A stretch of DNA of 64,000 nucleotides, taken from the NCBI GenBank assembly GCA_026401035.1, contig JAPLNR010000069.1, forward strand, positions 44 to 64,043. The letters run 5' to 3'. How positions within the stretch are numbered: the stretch's first letter is position 1; every line of letters starts with the position of its first letter. A program made the position numbers and the translations under genes. Under the pieces are notes generated by a model. That model saw nothing but the letters and a program-made list of their open reading frames with translations, was not told where the DNA came from and ran no database searches. This document shows, piece by piece, positions 1-11,002 of this stretch. The stretch is from Planctomycetia bacterium (GTDB taxonomy: Bacteria > Planctomycetota > Planctomycetia > Pirellulales > UBA1268).

Positions 1-2
1 CC

Positions 3-2444
3 CTCGACGGGATCGTGGGCATTCGTTTTCCGCAGCCCGAGAAGCGCCGTCTCCCCGAGGCGGCCGGGGACTGGCTGATCGAACTGGTCAGCGGCGATCA
101 GTTCGCGGGCGGCATCGAGTCGATCGATGAGCAGCATGTCGTCGCGACGATCGGCTCGGCAGCGTCGCCTGTCAGGCTGGTGGTGCGGCGGGATGCCGTG
201 AAGAGCGTGTTCCGTAGCGAGCTTGGAGCGACCTTTATTGGGAGTGACGGGCTGGCCTCATGGCAACAGGGCAAGCCTGGCACGTGGCGGCAGGAGGACG
301 GCCGGCTGATCAGTGCCGCGCCAGGGGCGAAGCTCTTTCGCGAGTTTAAGGCGGGCGCTCGCACGCGGTACGACCTCTCGCTCTCCTGGCGGCAGCGGCC
401 GACCGTGCAGATTGCGCTGGGAATGGGCGGGGCCCAGGAGGTGCCGGGAGCTTACCGGCTCGAGCTCGGTCCCGGCGGCATGGTGGCGGTGCGTGAAGAG
501 AAGGGTTCCGCCGACGGCGACAGTGCCGCCGACCTCGAGCCGTGCGGCGATCTGCCGGAGAACGGCCTGACACTGACGGTCTTCATCGATCAGGATGCCG
601 GCAGGCTTGCCGTGATGCTGCCCGACGCAGACAAGCCGATCGCTGATCTGGCGATTCCGTCGACCGGTGGAAAGACCGGCGGCGGCGTCCAGTTCACGGT
701 CGTCACGGGAACCGCCGCCCTCGACTCACTCCGGGTTTCCCCGTGGCGGGGCGGCTCACTCTCGCTTGATGACACGCGCGCGGGAGCGATCCGGCTTCGC
801 GACGGCGAGTCGCTGGCGGCGGTCGTGGTGGGGGTGGAAAAGGGCTCGGCAGTGGCGTTGGTGCGTGCCGCGGCCGACGCGGCGGGCGGAGAGCCGCGGC
901 GGATTCCGCTCGACACGATTGAAGAGATGCTGTTTCCGTCTGCCGCGGACGTGGCAGGCGAGCGGAAGGTCGCCGGTCGGCGAGGCATGCAGGCCACCGA
1001 CGTGTATGGATCCCGTCTGAGTGGGAAACTCCTGCGGGTGGAGGAGGGGGCCGTGTGGCTCGCGCATCCGGCCATCGAGGGCCCGGTGTCCATGCCGATC
1101 GCGACGCTGGCAACGCTGGTCAGCTTCGAGCAGCCCGCGAAAGAACAGCAACTTCCCGGCAGGCTCGGCCAACTCGCCTGCCAGGCAGGCACGCTCTGGG
1201 GCTGCCTTGCGAAGGACGACGGGGCGACGGGCGGCGATCCCCCCGCCGCTGTGGCGATTGCCTGGCAGCCGCTGGGAAGCCTGAATGCGAGTCTGTTCGT
1301 GATGCCGGAGGATGGCAGCCAGCCGCAGGCGACGATCACGTATGTCGAGACACGGCAGAAAGGGACGTCGTCAACTGCGAGGGCGATCATTGGGGGCATC
1401 GGCGGCGCGATCGAAACCGTCGATAACCGGCCCGCCGTGCTTGGACTGATCGCCGGCTCTCCCGCCGAGAGGGCTGGAGTCAAATCGGGCGAGATCATCC
1501 TCGCCATCGCGCCCCGCGGGGACGGACGGTTCGTGGACACCGCCAAGCTGTCGATGGAAGACACGCAGCATCTGCTGCGGGGCAGGGTGGGGAGCAAACT
1601 GCAGCTGCGGCTGCAGATGAACGGGCAGGAACAGCCGCGGGAGGTCGGCCTGGTGCGTCAGTCGATCCCGCAACCTGGCGGGAATCCGCAGCTGCTGCAG
1701 CAGGCACTGCAGGCTCAGGACCGGCTGCTCCCGCTGGAGGTGGTGCAGGTCGATCAGAATGCTCCCGACTGGTTCGGCTCCCGGTTGATCCTGCGGACCG
1801 GAGAGACGCTGCCCTGCCGGGTCGAGGCGATCGACGACGCGGTGGTGCGGGTGCTGCTGCAAGGGGGCGAGCCGGCCACGGTGGCGGCCGACCAGGTGCA
1901 GGCCGTGGAGTTGGTGCCCGCGGTGACACGGCCGTTGACGGCAGAAAAAATCCGCAGTCTGACGATGCTTCCCCGGTCGCAGCGGCAGCAGCCGCCGACG
2001 CATGTGCTGCGGTCGGTGCAGGGGGATTACCTTCGCGGCCGGCTCGTCTCGATGGATACCCAGACCGTTCGCATCGCCGTCGAGGCCAATCCCAAGGGCA
2101 AGCCGCTGTCCATTCCGAGAAGCGATGTTTCCAGGCTGATCTGGCTTCATCCGGAGAATCTGGAAACGCCGTGGACGCCGCCGCAGCCGCAGGGTGGCCA
2201 GGGGCTGTTCGTGGAGAGCGTGAGCGGCAGCAACCAGCGGCTGCGGATGATGGCCACGGGCGTCGAGGGAAATCTGCTCGTTGGCACGAGCCCCGTGGTT
2301 GGTCCCTGTCGAATCGACCTGGAGAAAATCGAGCGGCTGATGATCGGACGGGCCATCGACAACACGCCGCGGAGCCCGCCCTATGCGCAGTGGAAGCTGC
2401 AGCCCGCTCCCGAGCCGAGGAATCTGCCGCCTCGTGGCCGCTGA
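3..2444 (+). CDS. Large PDZ-domain protein with repeated GD/E-x-L-x-G beta modules (5' end outside window)
   Basis: Frame is open from position 3. PDZ-like segment GGIGGAI...GSPAERAGVKSGEIILAI...LRGRVGSKLQLRL; recurring motifs SGDQFAG, DGESLAA, YGSRLSG, TGETLPC, QGDYLRG. Confidence 0.7.
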   Translation, partial: LDGIVGIRFPQPEKRRLPEAAGDWLIELVSGDQFAGGIESIDEQHVVATIGSAASPVRLVVRRDAVKSVFRSELGATFIGSDGLASWQQGKPGTWRQEDGRLISAAPGAKLFREFKAGARTRYDLSLSWRQRPTVQIALGMGGAQEVPGAYRLELGPGGMVAVREEKGSADGDSAADLEPCGDLPENGLTLTVFIDQDAGRLAVMLPDADKPIADLAIPSTGGKTGGGVQFTVVTGTAALDSLRVSPWRGGSLSLDDTRAGAIRLRDGESLAAVVVGVEKGSAVALVRAAADAAGGEPRRIPLDTIEEMLFPSAADVAGERKVAGRRGMQATDVYGSRLSGKLLRVEEGAVWLAHPAIEGPVSMPIATLATLVSFEQPAKEQQLPGRLGQLACQAGTLWGCLAKDDGATGGDPPAAVAIAWQPLGSLNASLFVMPEDGSQPQATITYVETRQKGTSSTARAIIGGIGGAIETVDNRPAVLGLIAGSPAERAGVKSGEIILAIAPRGDGRFVDTAKLSMEDTQHLLRGRVGSKLQLRLQMNGQEQPREVGLVRQSIPQPGGNPQLLQQALQAQDRLLPLEVVQVDQNAPDWFGSRLILRTGETLPCRVEAIDDAVVRVLLQGGEPATVAADQVQAVELVPAVTRPLTAEKIRSLTMLPRSQRQQPPTHVLRSVQGDYLRGRLVSMDTQTVRIAVEANPKGKPLSIPRSDVSRLIWLHPENLETPWTPPQPQGGQGLFVESVSGSNQRLRMMATGVEGNLLVGTSPVVGPCRIDLEKIERLMIGRAIDNTPRSPPYAQWKLQPAPEPRNLPPRGR

Positions 2445-2496
2445 GGTTTCGGCGACCGTTGGGGGCCGTGGGAGGGAATGTTGCCGCTGCGGAGGG

Positions 2497-3738
2497 CTAC
2501 TGCAGCCGGGCGAGGACCAGCGATGCGTTGTGGCCGCCGAAGCCGAAGTTGTTCGACATGACGACGTTGGTTCTCACCTCGCGGGCGATCTTGGGCGTGT
2601 AGTCGAGGTCGCAGTCCGGGTCGGGGTTTTCCAGGTTGATCGTCGGGGCGATCACGCCGCGATCGAGGGTCAGCGCACAGATCACGAGTTCGATGCCGCC
2701 GCTCGCGCCGAGTGTGTGGCCGAGCTGGCTTTTCGTGCTGGAGATCATCAGCCGCTTCGCATGGTCGCCAAAGACCCGTTTCACGGCGCCGGTTTCAGCC
2801 TTGTCGCCGAGCGGGGTGCTCGTGCCGTGGGCATTGATGTAGTCGACCGCAGTGGTATCGATGCCGGCATCGCGCAGGGCCATGGTCATCGCGTGCGAGG
2901 CGCCCGATCCCTCTTCGTCGGGCTGCGTGATGTGGCCGGCGTCGCCGCTGGCACCGTAGCCCTTCAATTCCCCATAGATGCGGGCCCCACGGCTGCGGGC
3001 ATGCTCCAACTCCTCGATCACCACCACGCCCGCCCCCTCGGCGAGCACAAACCCGTCGCGGTCGACGTCGAAGGGCCGGCTGGCCTGCTGGGGGGCTTCG
3101 GTGCGGAAGGAGAGGGCCCGCATGTTCTGAAAGCCGGCCAGGCCCATCGGCGTCAGCGCCGCCTCGCTGCCGCCGGTCAGCATCACGTCGGCATCGCCGT
3201 ATTGGATCGCCCGCAACGCGCTGCCGATGGAGTTGGCTGCGCTGGCGCAGGCGGTCGCGGTGGCGATATTCATCCCCTTGACGCCGAACATCGTCGACAC
3301 GTGGCCGCTGGCGGTGTTTAGCAACAGCTTCGGAATGAAGAAGGGGGAAACCTTGTCGATGCCCTTGGTGAGGAGCCGCTCGTGCTGGGACTCAAACTCG
3401 AAGAGCCCGCCGATGCCGGAACCGATCGCCACGCCGCAGCGGTAAGGGTCTTCCTTCTGGAACTCGATGCCGGAGTCGGCGACCGCGTCGATGGCGGAGG
3501 CGAGGGCAAATTGGGCAAACCGGTCGAGCCGGCGGAGTTCCTTGGGATTGGTGATGTTCTCCTTTTCCGGCTCCCACGGCACCTGACCGCCGAACTGGAC
3601 GCGAAAACCCGACACGTCGAACAGCGTGATCGGCCCCACGCCGCTGTCTCCGCGGACGAGCCGCTCCCAGAATCCGTTCACGTTCCTGCCCAGCGAGGTG
3701 ACGACACCCAACCCGGTTATCACGGCCCTGCGTTTCAT
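2497..3738 (-). CDS. fabF: Beta-ketoacyl-ACP synthase II
   Basis: RAVITGLG N-terminus; catalytic Cys in TACASA, His in NAHGTST and His in KSQLGHTLGASG; NNFGFGGHN C-terminus. Confidence 0.95.
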   Translation of the reverse strand: MKRRAVITGLGVVTSLGRNVNGFWERLVRGDSGVGPITLFDVSGFRVQFGGQVPWEPEKENITNPKELRRLDRFAQFALASAIDAVADSGIEFQKEDPYRCGVAIGSGIGGLFEFESQHERLLTKGIDKVSPFFIPKLLLNTASGHVSTMFGVKGMNIATATACASAANSIGSALRAIQYGDADVMLTGGSEAALTPMGLAGFQNMRALSFRTEAPQQASRPFDVDRDGFVLAEGAGVVVIEELEHARSRGARIYGELKGYGASGDAGHITQPDEEGSGASHAMTMALRDAGIDTTAVDYINAHGTSTPLGDKAETGAVKRVFGDHAKRLMISSTKSQLGHTLGASGGIELVICALTLDRGVIAPTINLENPDPDCDLDYTPKIAREVRTNVVMSNNFGFGGHNASLVLARLQ

Positions 3739-3889
3739 GCTGTCCCTGCAACGGAAAAGCCTCCCACGAAATCAGTGCGGGTGGCAGAAATGCGAAGATA
3801 GAGGGGCTCTCGCGGGAAATGCAACCGCGCCCGGGTCTACCGCGTTTGGACGGCTGTTGAAGCCCTGCGGGCGGCGGGAAAGCCGGCTA

Positions 3890-4570
3890 TCAGCGAGACG
3901 TGCCGGCCCGCCCGATGAAGAGGGAGTTTCGGCTGCCCCCGGTGGCGTGCGTGCGAACCCGCTCGACGCTGACATCGAAGCCGCACTGGCTCATCCGCTC
4001 GACGAAGGCCGGGTCGCCGCCGACCGACCAGATTGCCAAACAGCCGCCGGGCTTCAGTGCGGCCCGGGCCAGCGTCAGCCCGGCCACCGTGTAGAGCCCG
4101 CTGTTGGACGCCGCGCTCAGGCCGCTCGCCCCGTTGTCGATATCGAGAATGACCGCGTCGAATCGGCGGCGGCCGGCGCGGAGCAGGTCGGTGACATCCC
4201 CCTCGACGAGCTGCACACGCGGGTCGGCCAGGGCATCTCCGCCCAGCTTGTATTCCGGTGTCAGGTTCCAGCGGATCACGGCCGGCATGAGTTCGGCGAC
4301 GACGACGGTGGCGTCGGGGCCGAGCTGCTTCAGGGCCGCCCGCAGGGTGAAGCCCATGCCCAGGCCACCGATCAGTACCCGCACGCCGGAGGATTCCCGC
4401 CGGATGTGCCCGCAGGCCAGTTCGGCAAGCCGCTCCTCGGAATGGTGCTGCCGGCTCGACATCAATTCCACGCCGGCAACGCGGATCGTGAATGCGCCGT
4501 CATGCTCGTGCAACGTCATGAGGTTGCCGTCGACGGTCGTTGTCTGGTCGCGAAGAACGGTCGGTTTCAT
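3890..4570 (-). CDS. Spermidine synthase-like / class I SAM-dependent transferase
   Basis: VLIGGLGMGFT SAM-binding motif, FDAVILDIDNG, ELMSSRQHHSE. Start placed at ATG 4570 because the longer ORF overlaps the divergent DTW gene. Confidence 0.8.
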   Translation of the reverse strand: MKPTVLRDQTTTVDGNLMTLHEHDGAFTIRVAGVELMSSRQHHSEERLAELACGHIRRESSGVRVLIGGLGMGFTLRAALKQLGPDATVVVAELMPAVIRWNLTPEYKLGGDALADPRVQLVEGDVTDLLRAGRRRFDAVILDIDNGASGLSAASNSGLYTVAGLTLARAALKPGGCLAIWSVGGDPAFVERMSQCGFDVSVERVRTHATGGSRNSLFIGRAGTSR

Positions 4571-4675
4571 GGAGCCTCGATGCGGAAGGAAACCAATATA
4601 CTGTGGCCGAGTTGGCGGAGCCCGGATTCGTCGTCGCGAGCCAGCGGCGGCGAGTGCACCACTGGATGATGGCCC

Positions 4676-5404
4676 ATGGGACGCAGCGTCGTTCTCGCCG
4701 GTGCAGCGCGTTGCGAAGGCTGCCGGCTGCCGCCGCGGTGGTGCGTCTGTCTCGCGATGCCTCCGGCCGTCAGCGGCATTCAGGTCGATGTGCTGATGCA
4801 CCGGCGGGAGCAGTGGAAGCCCTCGAGCACTGGAAAGCTCATCCAACGCACCGTGGCGGGGGCCCGCTGCCATATTTACGGACACGACTCCCGCTCGGGG
4901 GATCGTCCCGGGTTGCCGGCGGACGTTTTGCTTCCGGACCGGGAACTGTGGATTCTCCATCCGCGTGGCGAGCCCATTCCCGTCACCGGATCGGCGGCCG
5001 GCGGCCCCTCGCCCCTGCAGGTGCTGCTGCTCGACGGCAACTGGCCCGAGGCCGGGCAGATGCTCCGGGCCGTCGAGGGCCGGGGAAGATGTGTCCGGCT
5101 GACCGGAGCCCTGCGAAGCCGATACTGGCTGCGGGATCAACAGGAGCCGACCCATCGGTCCACCGCGGAGGCGCTCCTCGGGATCTTTCAGGCCGTGGGT
5201 GATGCCACTGCGGAGGCGTGCTTCCGTCTGCACTTCGAATTGCATGTCTATGCCACGCTGCGTGCCCGTGGCCGCCGGCAGTTGGCGGAGGAGTATCTCC
5301 AAGACTCCCCGCTCGGAGCCGCGATCCCCGAGTTTCTCGAACGGCTTAACACGAGGCGGCCGGAGCGACTCGACGGGCAGACGCTACCGGGCGAACCTTC
5401 TTGA
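4676..5404 (+). CDS. DTW-domain protein (tRNA-uridine aminocarboxypropyltransferase-like)
   Basis: N-terminal RCxxCxLxxxxCxC, SSTGKL, LLDGNW (DTW-like motif), YWLR and STAEA. Confidence 0.8.
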   Translation: MGRSVVLAGAARCEGCRLPPRWCVCLAMPPAVSGIQVDVLMHRREQWKPSSTGKLIQRTVAGARCHIYGHDSRSGDRPGLPADVLLPDRELWILHPRGEPIPVTGSAAGGPSPLQVLLLDGNWPEAGQMLRAVEGRGRCVRLTGALRSRYWLRDQQEPTHRSTAEALLGIFQAVGDATAEACFRLHFELHVYATLRARGRRQLAEEYLQDSPLGAAIPEFLERLNTRRPERLDGQTLPGEPS

Positions 5405-5438
5405 ATCGCGAACAGCGGCGATGGGAGCGCGAGAGCGT

Positions 5439-5472
5439 GTGAAAATTCTCAAGCAGAGCGTGAGAATACTCA
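5439..5472 (+). promoter_or_regulatory. Tandem direct repeat with 21-bp period, candidate XylR/AraC operator
   Basis: GTGAAAATTCTCA (5439-5451) and GTGAGAATACTCA (5460-5472), 11/13 identical, upstream of the operon that is followed by an XylR-like gene. Confidence 0.55.
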
Positions 5473-5522
5473 TGGACGCCAAAGAATTTCGGCGACAGAC
5501 TCTCATGAAAGGAGTTTTGCTC

Positions 5523-6659
5523 ATGAAGTCATCGTCGCGGCCCGTTCGCACCGCCATCGTCGGTCTCGGCTTTGGCGCCGAGTTCATCCCGATTCACCAG
5601 CGGCATCCGCACGTGGAGCTCGTGGCCATCTGCCAGCGGTCGCAGGACAAGCTCGACCAGATCGGCGGAGCCCATGGTGTTGCCCGCCGGTATCAACACT
5701 ACGCCGACGTGCTCAAGGATGCCAACGTCGACGCCGTCCACATTAACTCGCCCATCCCGGATCATGCGGCGATGTCGATCGCCGCGCTCGAGGCGGGCAA
5801 GCACGTGATGTGCACGGTGCCGATGGCCACGAGCATCGAAGACTGCAAAAAAATCGTCGACCTTACCGAAAAGACCGGCCTGCGGTACATGATGGCCGAG
5901 ACGGTCGTCTATGCGCGGGAGTTTCTCTTCATCAAGCAGATGGCCGACCGGGGCGAGCTGGGGAAGATCCAGTTCGTGCAGGCGAGCCACCAGCAGGACA
6001 TGGACGGCTGGCCGAACTATTGGCCCGGGCTGCCGCCGATGCACTACGCAACCCATTGCGTCGGCCCCTGCCTGGCGCTCGAGCGGAAGGACGCCGAGGA
6101 GGTGAGCTGCTTCGGCTCGGGCCGGATCCGCGAGGAATTGATCAGGCACTACAATTCTCCCTTTGCGATCGAGAGCGCCCACGTGAAGCTGCACAAGAGC
6201 GACGTCGTCGCCCGGGTCATTCGCTCGCTCTTCGACACGGCGCGGCAGTATCGCGAGAGCTTCGACGTGTATGGCTCGAAAAAGAGTTTCGAGTGGCAGC
6301 TGGTCGAAGGGGAGGAGCCCGTGCTCCATACCGCCAAGCTCCCAGAGCCGGAGATCCCGAGCCGCGTGCCGGTGCCCGACTTCGCGCACCTGCTCCCGGA
6401 GCCGATCCAATGCTTCACGACCGGCGGTGTCTACGATGCCGGTGACCATCAGCACCTGTCGTTCACCCAGGGCGGCGGCCACGGCGGCAGCCACCCGCAC
6501 CTCGTCCACGAGTTTGTGACCGCCCTCGTGGAGGGCCGCGAGCCTTATCCCAACGCCCGCCAGAGCGCTAACTGGACGTGCACGGGAATCCTGGCACACG
6601 AGTCGGCCCTGCAGGGGGGCAGGATCATGAAACTACCTGAATGGAGTTTTTCAACATGA
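5523..6659 (+). CDS. Gfo/Idh/MocA family oxidoreductase
   Basis: RTAIVGLGFG Rossmann motif, ALEAGKHVMCTVPMA; AAAGGAG RBS before ATG 5523. Confidence 0.9.
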   Translation: MKSSSRPVRTAIVGLGFGAEFIPIHQRHPHVELVAICQRSQDKLDQIGGAHGVARRYQHYADVLKDANVDAVHINSPIPDHAAMSIAALEAGKHVMCTVPMATSIEDCKKIVDLTEKTGLRYMMAETVVYAREFLFIKQMADRGELGKIQFVQASHQQDMDGWPNYWPGLPPMHYATHCVGPCLALERKDAEEVSCFGSGRIREELIRHYNSPFAIESAHVKLHKSDVVARVIRSLFDTARQYRESFDVYGSKKSFEWQLVEGEEPVLHTAKLPEPEIPSRVPVPDFAHLLPEPIQCFTTGGVYDAGDHQHLSFTQGGGHGGSHPHLVHEFVTALVEGREPYPNARQSANWTCTGILAHESALQGGRIMKLPEWSFST

Positions 6660-9600
6660 AACCTTTCCTGATCACGTGCACGATGCTCGCCGCCATGGCG
6701 TCGGCAGTCCCGGCGGCCGAGCCGCCCGTCAGGGTGCTCTTCCTCGGCGACAAGGGGCACCATCAGCCCTCTCAGCGGTTCGCGCAACTGCAGCCAGTGC
6801 TCGCCCCGCGCGGCATCGAGCTGGTCTATACCGACCGGATTGGTGACATCACGCCAGAGACGCTCGCGGCCTACGACGCGCTCGCCGTCTACGCCAACAC
6901 CGACAACCTGCCCCCCGCCGGCGAAGCCGCCATTCTCGACTTTGTCCGCAACGGCAAGGGACTCGTGCCGCTGCACTGCGCGAGTTTCTGCTTTCGCAAT
7001 TCGCCTGCGTGGATCGATCTCGTGGGGGCGCAGTTTCAAAAGCATGGCACGGGTGAATTCCGCACGGTGATTCTCACCCCCGGACACCCGGTCATGCAGG
7101 GCTTCGCTGGCTTCAAGAGCTGGGACGAAACCTACGTCCACACGAAGCACAACGACCGCGGCCGAACGATTCTCGAGGAGCGGGTGGAGGGAGAGCACCA
7201 CGAACCGTGGACCTGGGTTCGCACCGAGGGACAGGGCCGCGTCTTCTACACGGCCTGGGGCCACGACAAGCGCACGTGGAGCCATCCGGGCTTTCATAAC
7301 CTCGTCGAGCGCGGCATCCGTTTTGCGGCGGGCCGCGATCCTCAGGCTGCCGGGCCGTATGTCGATCATCCCGTGATGACGAAGCCGCCGGCGGGGCTGA
7401 AAGCCTTCGAATACCAGCCGGCGAAGGTCGCCTTCTATTCGCCGCCGGGTCACGATCCCGCGAAGAGGAACGAGCCGCTTGGCCAGATGCAAACGGCCCT
7501 CGACGCGGAGGAATCGCGGAAGCATGCGATCACGCCTACGGGTTTTCGTGTGGAACTGTTCGCAGCGGAGCCGCTGCTCGCCGGCAAGCCGCTGGCTTTC
7601 GCATTCGACGGTGACGGCGCTGTCTACGTGGCCGAAAGCGTCGACTACCCGAATGATTTGGTCGAGCCGCCGAAGGAAGACCCGACGGCGCCGGTCGACG
7701 GCCATGACCGGATCGTGAAGCTCCTCGACACCGATGGCGACGGCAAGGCCGACCGCCGCGACGTGTTCGCCGAGCAACTCTCGATCCCCACGAGCCTGCT
7801 CCCCCACGATGGCGGCCTCATCGTCGCGCAGGCGCCGCACATGCTCTATCTCAAGGACACCGACGGCGACGGCAAGGCCGACGTGCGGAAGGTGCTCTTC
7901 AGCGGTTGGGGCACGGGCGACACGCACGCCGGCCCGAGCAACCTGAACTGGGGCCTCGATGGCTGGGTCTACGGCATCGTTGGCTACTCGGGCTTCGGCG
8001 GAAAAGTCGGCGGCGAAGAACTCCGGTTCCCGGCGGGTTTCTATCGCTTCAAGCCCGACGGCTCGAAGCTCGAATATCTCCGCAGCACCAACAACAATTC
8101 GTGGGGCTTTGGCTTCAGCGAGCACGCTTCGCGGCATCGCCGGCAGCCCGCACATGGAACTGGCCCCCACCGCCACCGGTGGAAAGGTGGCGATCCGCCA
8201 GGTCGATCACCACGGCAAATTCACCGCCGCGGCCGGCCATCGGCTCTACACGGCGCGGGCCTATCCCAAGGAATACTGGAACCGCACGGCGTTCGTCTGC
8301 GAACCGACCGGCCACATCGTGGCCGCGTTCGAACTCCTGCCCAAGGGGGCGGCCTTCACCAGCCGGATGGCCTGGGATCTCATCGCCAGCGACGACGAAT
8401 GGACGGCGCCGATCCAAGCCGATGTTGGCCCCGACGGGCAGGTGTGGGTGATCGACTGGTACAACTACATCATCCAGCACAATCCCACGCCCGCCGGCTT
8501 CGAGACCGGCAAGCGGGGTGCCTACGTCACGCCGCTCCGCGACAAGACGCACGGCAGGATTTGGCGAGTCGTGCATGAAAAGGCTCCGACCGCGGCCCGG
8601 AAGTCGCTCGCGAGCGCCTCGCCCGACGAACTCGTCGCCGCCCTCGGCGACGACAACATGTTTTGGCGGGAGCGTGCCCAGCGGAAACTCATCGAGCGCG
8701 GCACGGACCGCGCCGACGGCGGCCGCGACGTGGTGCCCGCCCTCATCTGGCTCGTCGAGAATTCATCGGTCGACGCGATCGGCCTGAATCCCGGCGCGAT
8801 CCATGCGATCTGGACGCTCCACCAGCTCGGCGCCCTCGAAGGTTCCACGGCTGACTCGCTGGCCCTCGCGCGGGTGCAGTCGGCCCTCGCGCATCCGTCC
8901 GCGGGCGTCCGCATGAATGCCGTGAAGGCGCTGCCGCGCGACTCGGGCACGCTCGTGAAGCTTTCCGGCTCGACGGTGAGCGACGATCCCGCGCCGCTCG
9001 TGCGGCTGGCCGTGCTCGAGGCGCTTGGCGAGTGGCCGTCGTCGCCGGAGGCGGCGGCGATCGTCGCGACGATGCTCGCCGATCCGCGAACGCTCGCCGA
9101 CCCGGTGCTCGCCGACGCCGCGACGAGTGCGGCCGCGGTGCAGGCGGCGGGCGTGCTGCCGGCCCTCCTCGCGGCCAAGCCGGGTGAAGAAAAGGCGTCG
9201 CCCGCCCGGCTCGCACTCGTCGAACGTGTGGCCGAGCACGTCGCCCGCGGCGCCGACGGCCCCGCGGTGGCCGCCGTGCTCGTGCGGCTGCCCGACGCGC
9301 CGCACTCGGTCGCGGTCGCCGCCCTCGCGGGCCTCGCCCGGGGCTGGCCCAAGGGCACACCCGCGGCGCTCGGGCCGGAAGCTGACACGGCCCTCGTGAA
9401 GCTCGTCGACACTCTCCCCGCAAACATCCAAGGCCAAGTCGTCACGCTCGCGCAGCACACCGGCAGCACGGCTCTCGACTCGCGGATCGGCCGGATCAGC
9501 GAGGCATTGATCGCGACGATCGACGATGCGAAGGCATCCGATGAAGACAGGATCGCCGCCGCGGAGCGGCTCGTGCAGCTGCGGCCCGCTGACTCGGCGA

Positions 9601-10961
9601 TCGTCGAAATCCTTATGCAGCGGGTCGGCGGCCGCGCGAGCCCGGAGATTTCAGCAGGCCTGATCGGTGCCCTGGGCAAGTCGACAGCAGCCGACGCGCC
9701 GGCCGCCGTCCTCGACCGTCTCGGCTCGTTCACGCCGCCGGTCCGCGAGGCAGCTGTTCGGACGGTGCTCGCCAACCGCGACTGGGCGGCGGCGCTCGTC
9801 GAGCGGCTGGAGAAAAAGCTGGTGTCGCTCGGCGACATCCCGATCGTGGAGCGCGCCAAGCTGACGACGCATCCGGATCGCCAGATCCAAGCGCGCGCGA
9901 AGCGGGTGATCGCCGCGGGCGGCGGTCTCCCGAACGCCGACCGCCAGAAGGTGATCGACGAGGTGCTGCCCGTTGTGCTCGCCGGCGGCGATGCCACGCG
10001 CGGCAAGGCGCTCTTTAAGGAGCAGTGCGGCAAGTGTCACATGCATTCCGGGGAAGGCGGCAAGGTCGGTCCGGAACTCACCGGCATGGCTGTGCACCCG
10101 GCCAAGGAACTTCTGATCCACATCCTCGATCCCAACCGCTCCGTCGAGGGCAACTACCGCGCCTACACCGTCACGACCGACGACGGCCGCGTGGTCACCG
10201 GCCTGTTGGCGGCCGAGAGCAAGACGGCAATCGAGCTGGTCGATGCCGAGGGCAAGCGCGTGGCGATCCAGCGGAGCGAGATCGACGAATTCCAGCCGTC
10301 GCCCAATTCGCTGATGCCGGTCGGGTTCGAAAAGCAGATCAAGCCGGAGGGCTTCGCCGATCTACTGACATTCCTGACGAAGCGGGGCAGGTTCGTGCCG
10401 CTGTCGCTCGAGAAGGTGGCCACGGCCGTGAGCACGAAGGGCTTGTTCCACGGGCCGGAAAGCCAGGGAGATCGGCTCGTGTTTCCTGACTGGGGGCCGA
10501 AGCAGTTCCAGGGCGTGCCATTCCAGCTGATCGATCCGCAGGGGCAGACCGTGCCAAACATCGTCATGCTCCACGGGCCGCAGGGCTATCTGCCTCCGAA
10601 AATGCCGAAGAGCGTCGCGCTCTCCGTCGGCTCACCCATCCGTGCACTCCACGTGCTCGGCGGCATCGCCGGCTGGGGTTTTCCCGCGATTGGCCAAGGC
10701 TCGACCTCGATGGTCGTGCGATTCACCTACGACGACGGCAAGACCGAGGACCACAAGCTCGTCAACGGCGAGCACGTCGCCGACTACATCAGCAGAACCG
10801 ATGTGCCACAGAGCGAGTTTGCCTTCGACCTCGGCGGCCGCCAGCTCCGCTACCTGCGGATTCAGCCCGCCCGGCCGAACCCGATCGTGTCGGTCGAACT
10901 CGTGAAGGGCGACGACGCCACGGCGCCGATCGTGATGGCGATCACGGCCGAGATGCCCTGA
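6656..10961 (+). pseudogene. PVC-type heme-binding (CxxCH) membrane-bound dehydrogenase with ThuA domain, split by frame change near 8115-8125
   Basis: Frame 1: signal peptide, ThuA-like domain (GRVFYTAWGH), DTDGDGKAD propeller repeats up to NNNSWGFGFSE. A different frame continues RQVDHHG...DWYN, HEAT-like repeats and CGKCH...GPELTG. ATG overlaps the upstream TGA. Could be an assembly artefact. Confidence 0.8.
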
Positions 10962-11002
10962 TCCCGGCAGAGCCTCGTCCCGCGGCATGATACAACGAAG
11001 GC

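Noticed and set aside
8105-8135. Programmed ribosomal frameshift
   Set aside because: No slippery heptamer or homopolymer run, and coding sequence appears to be missing rather than shifted.
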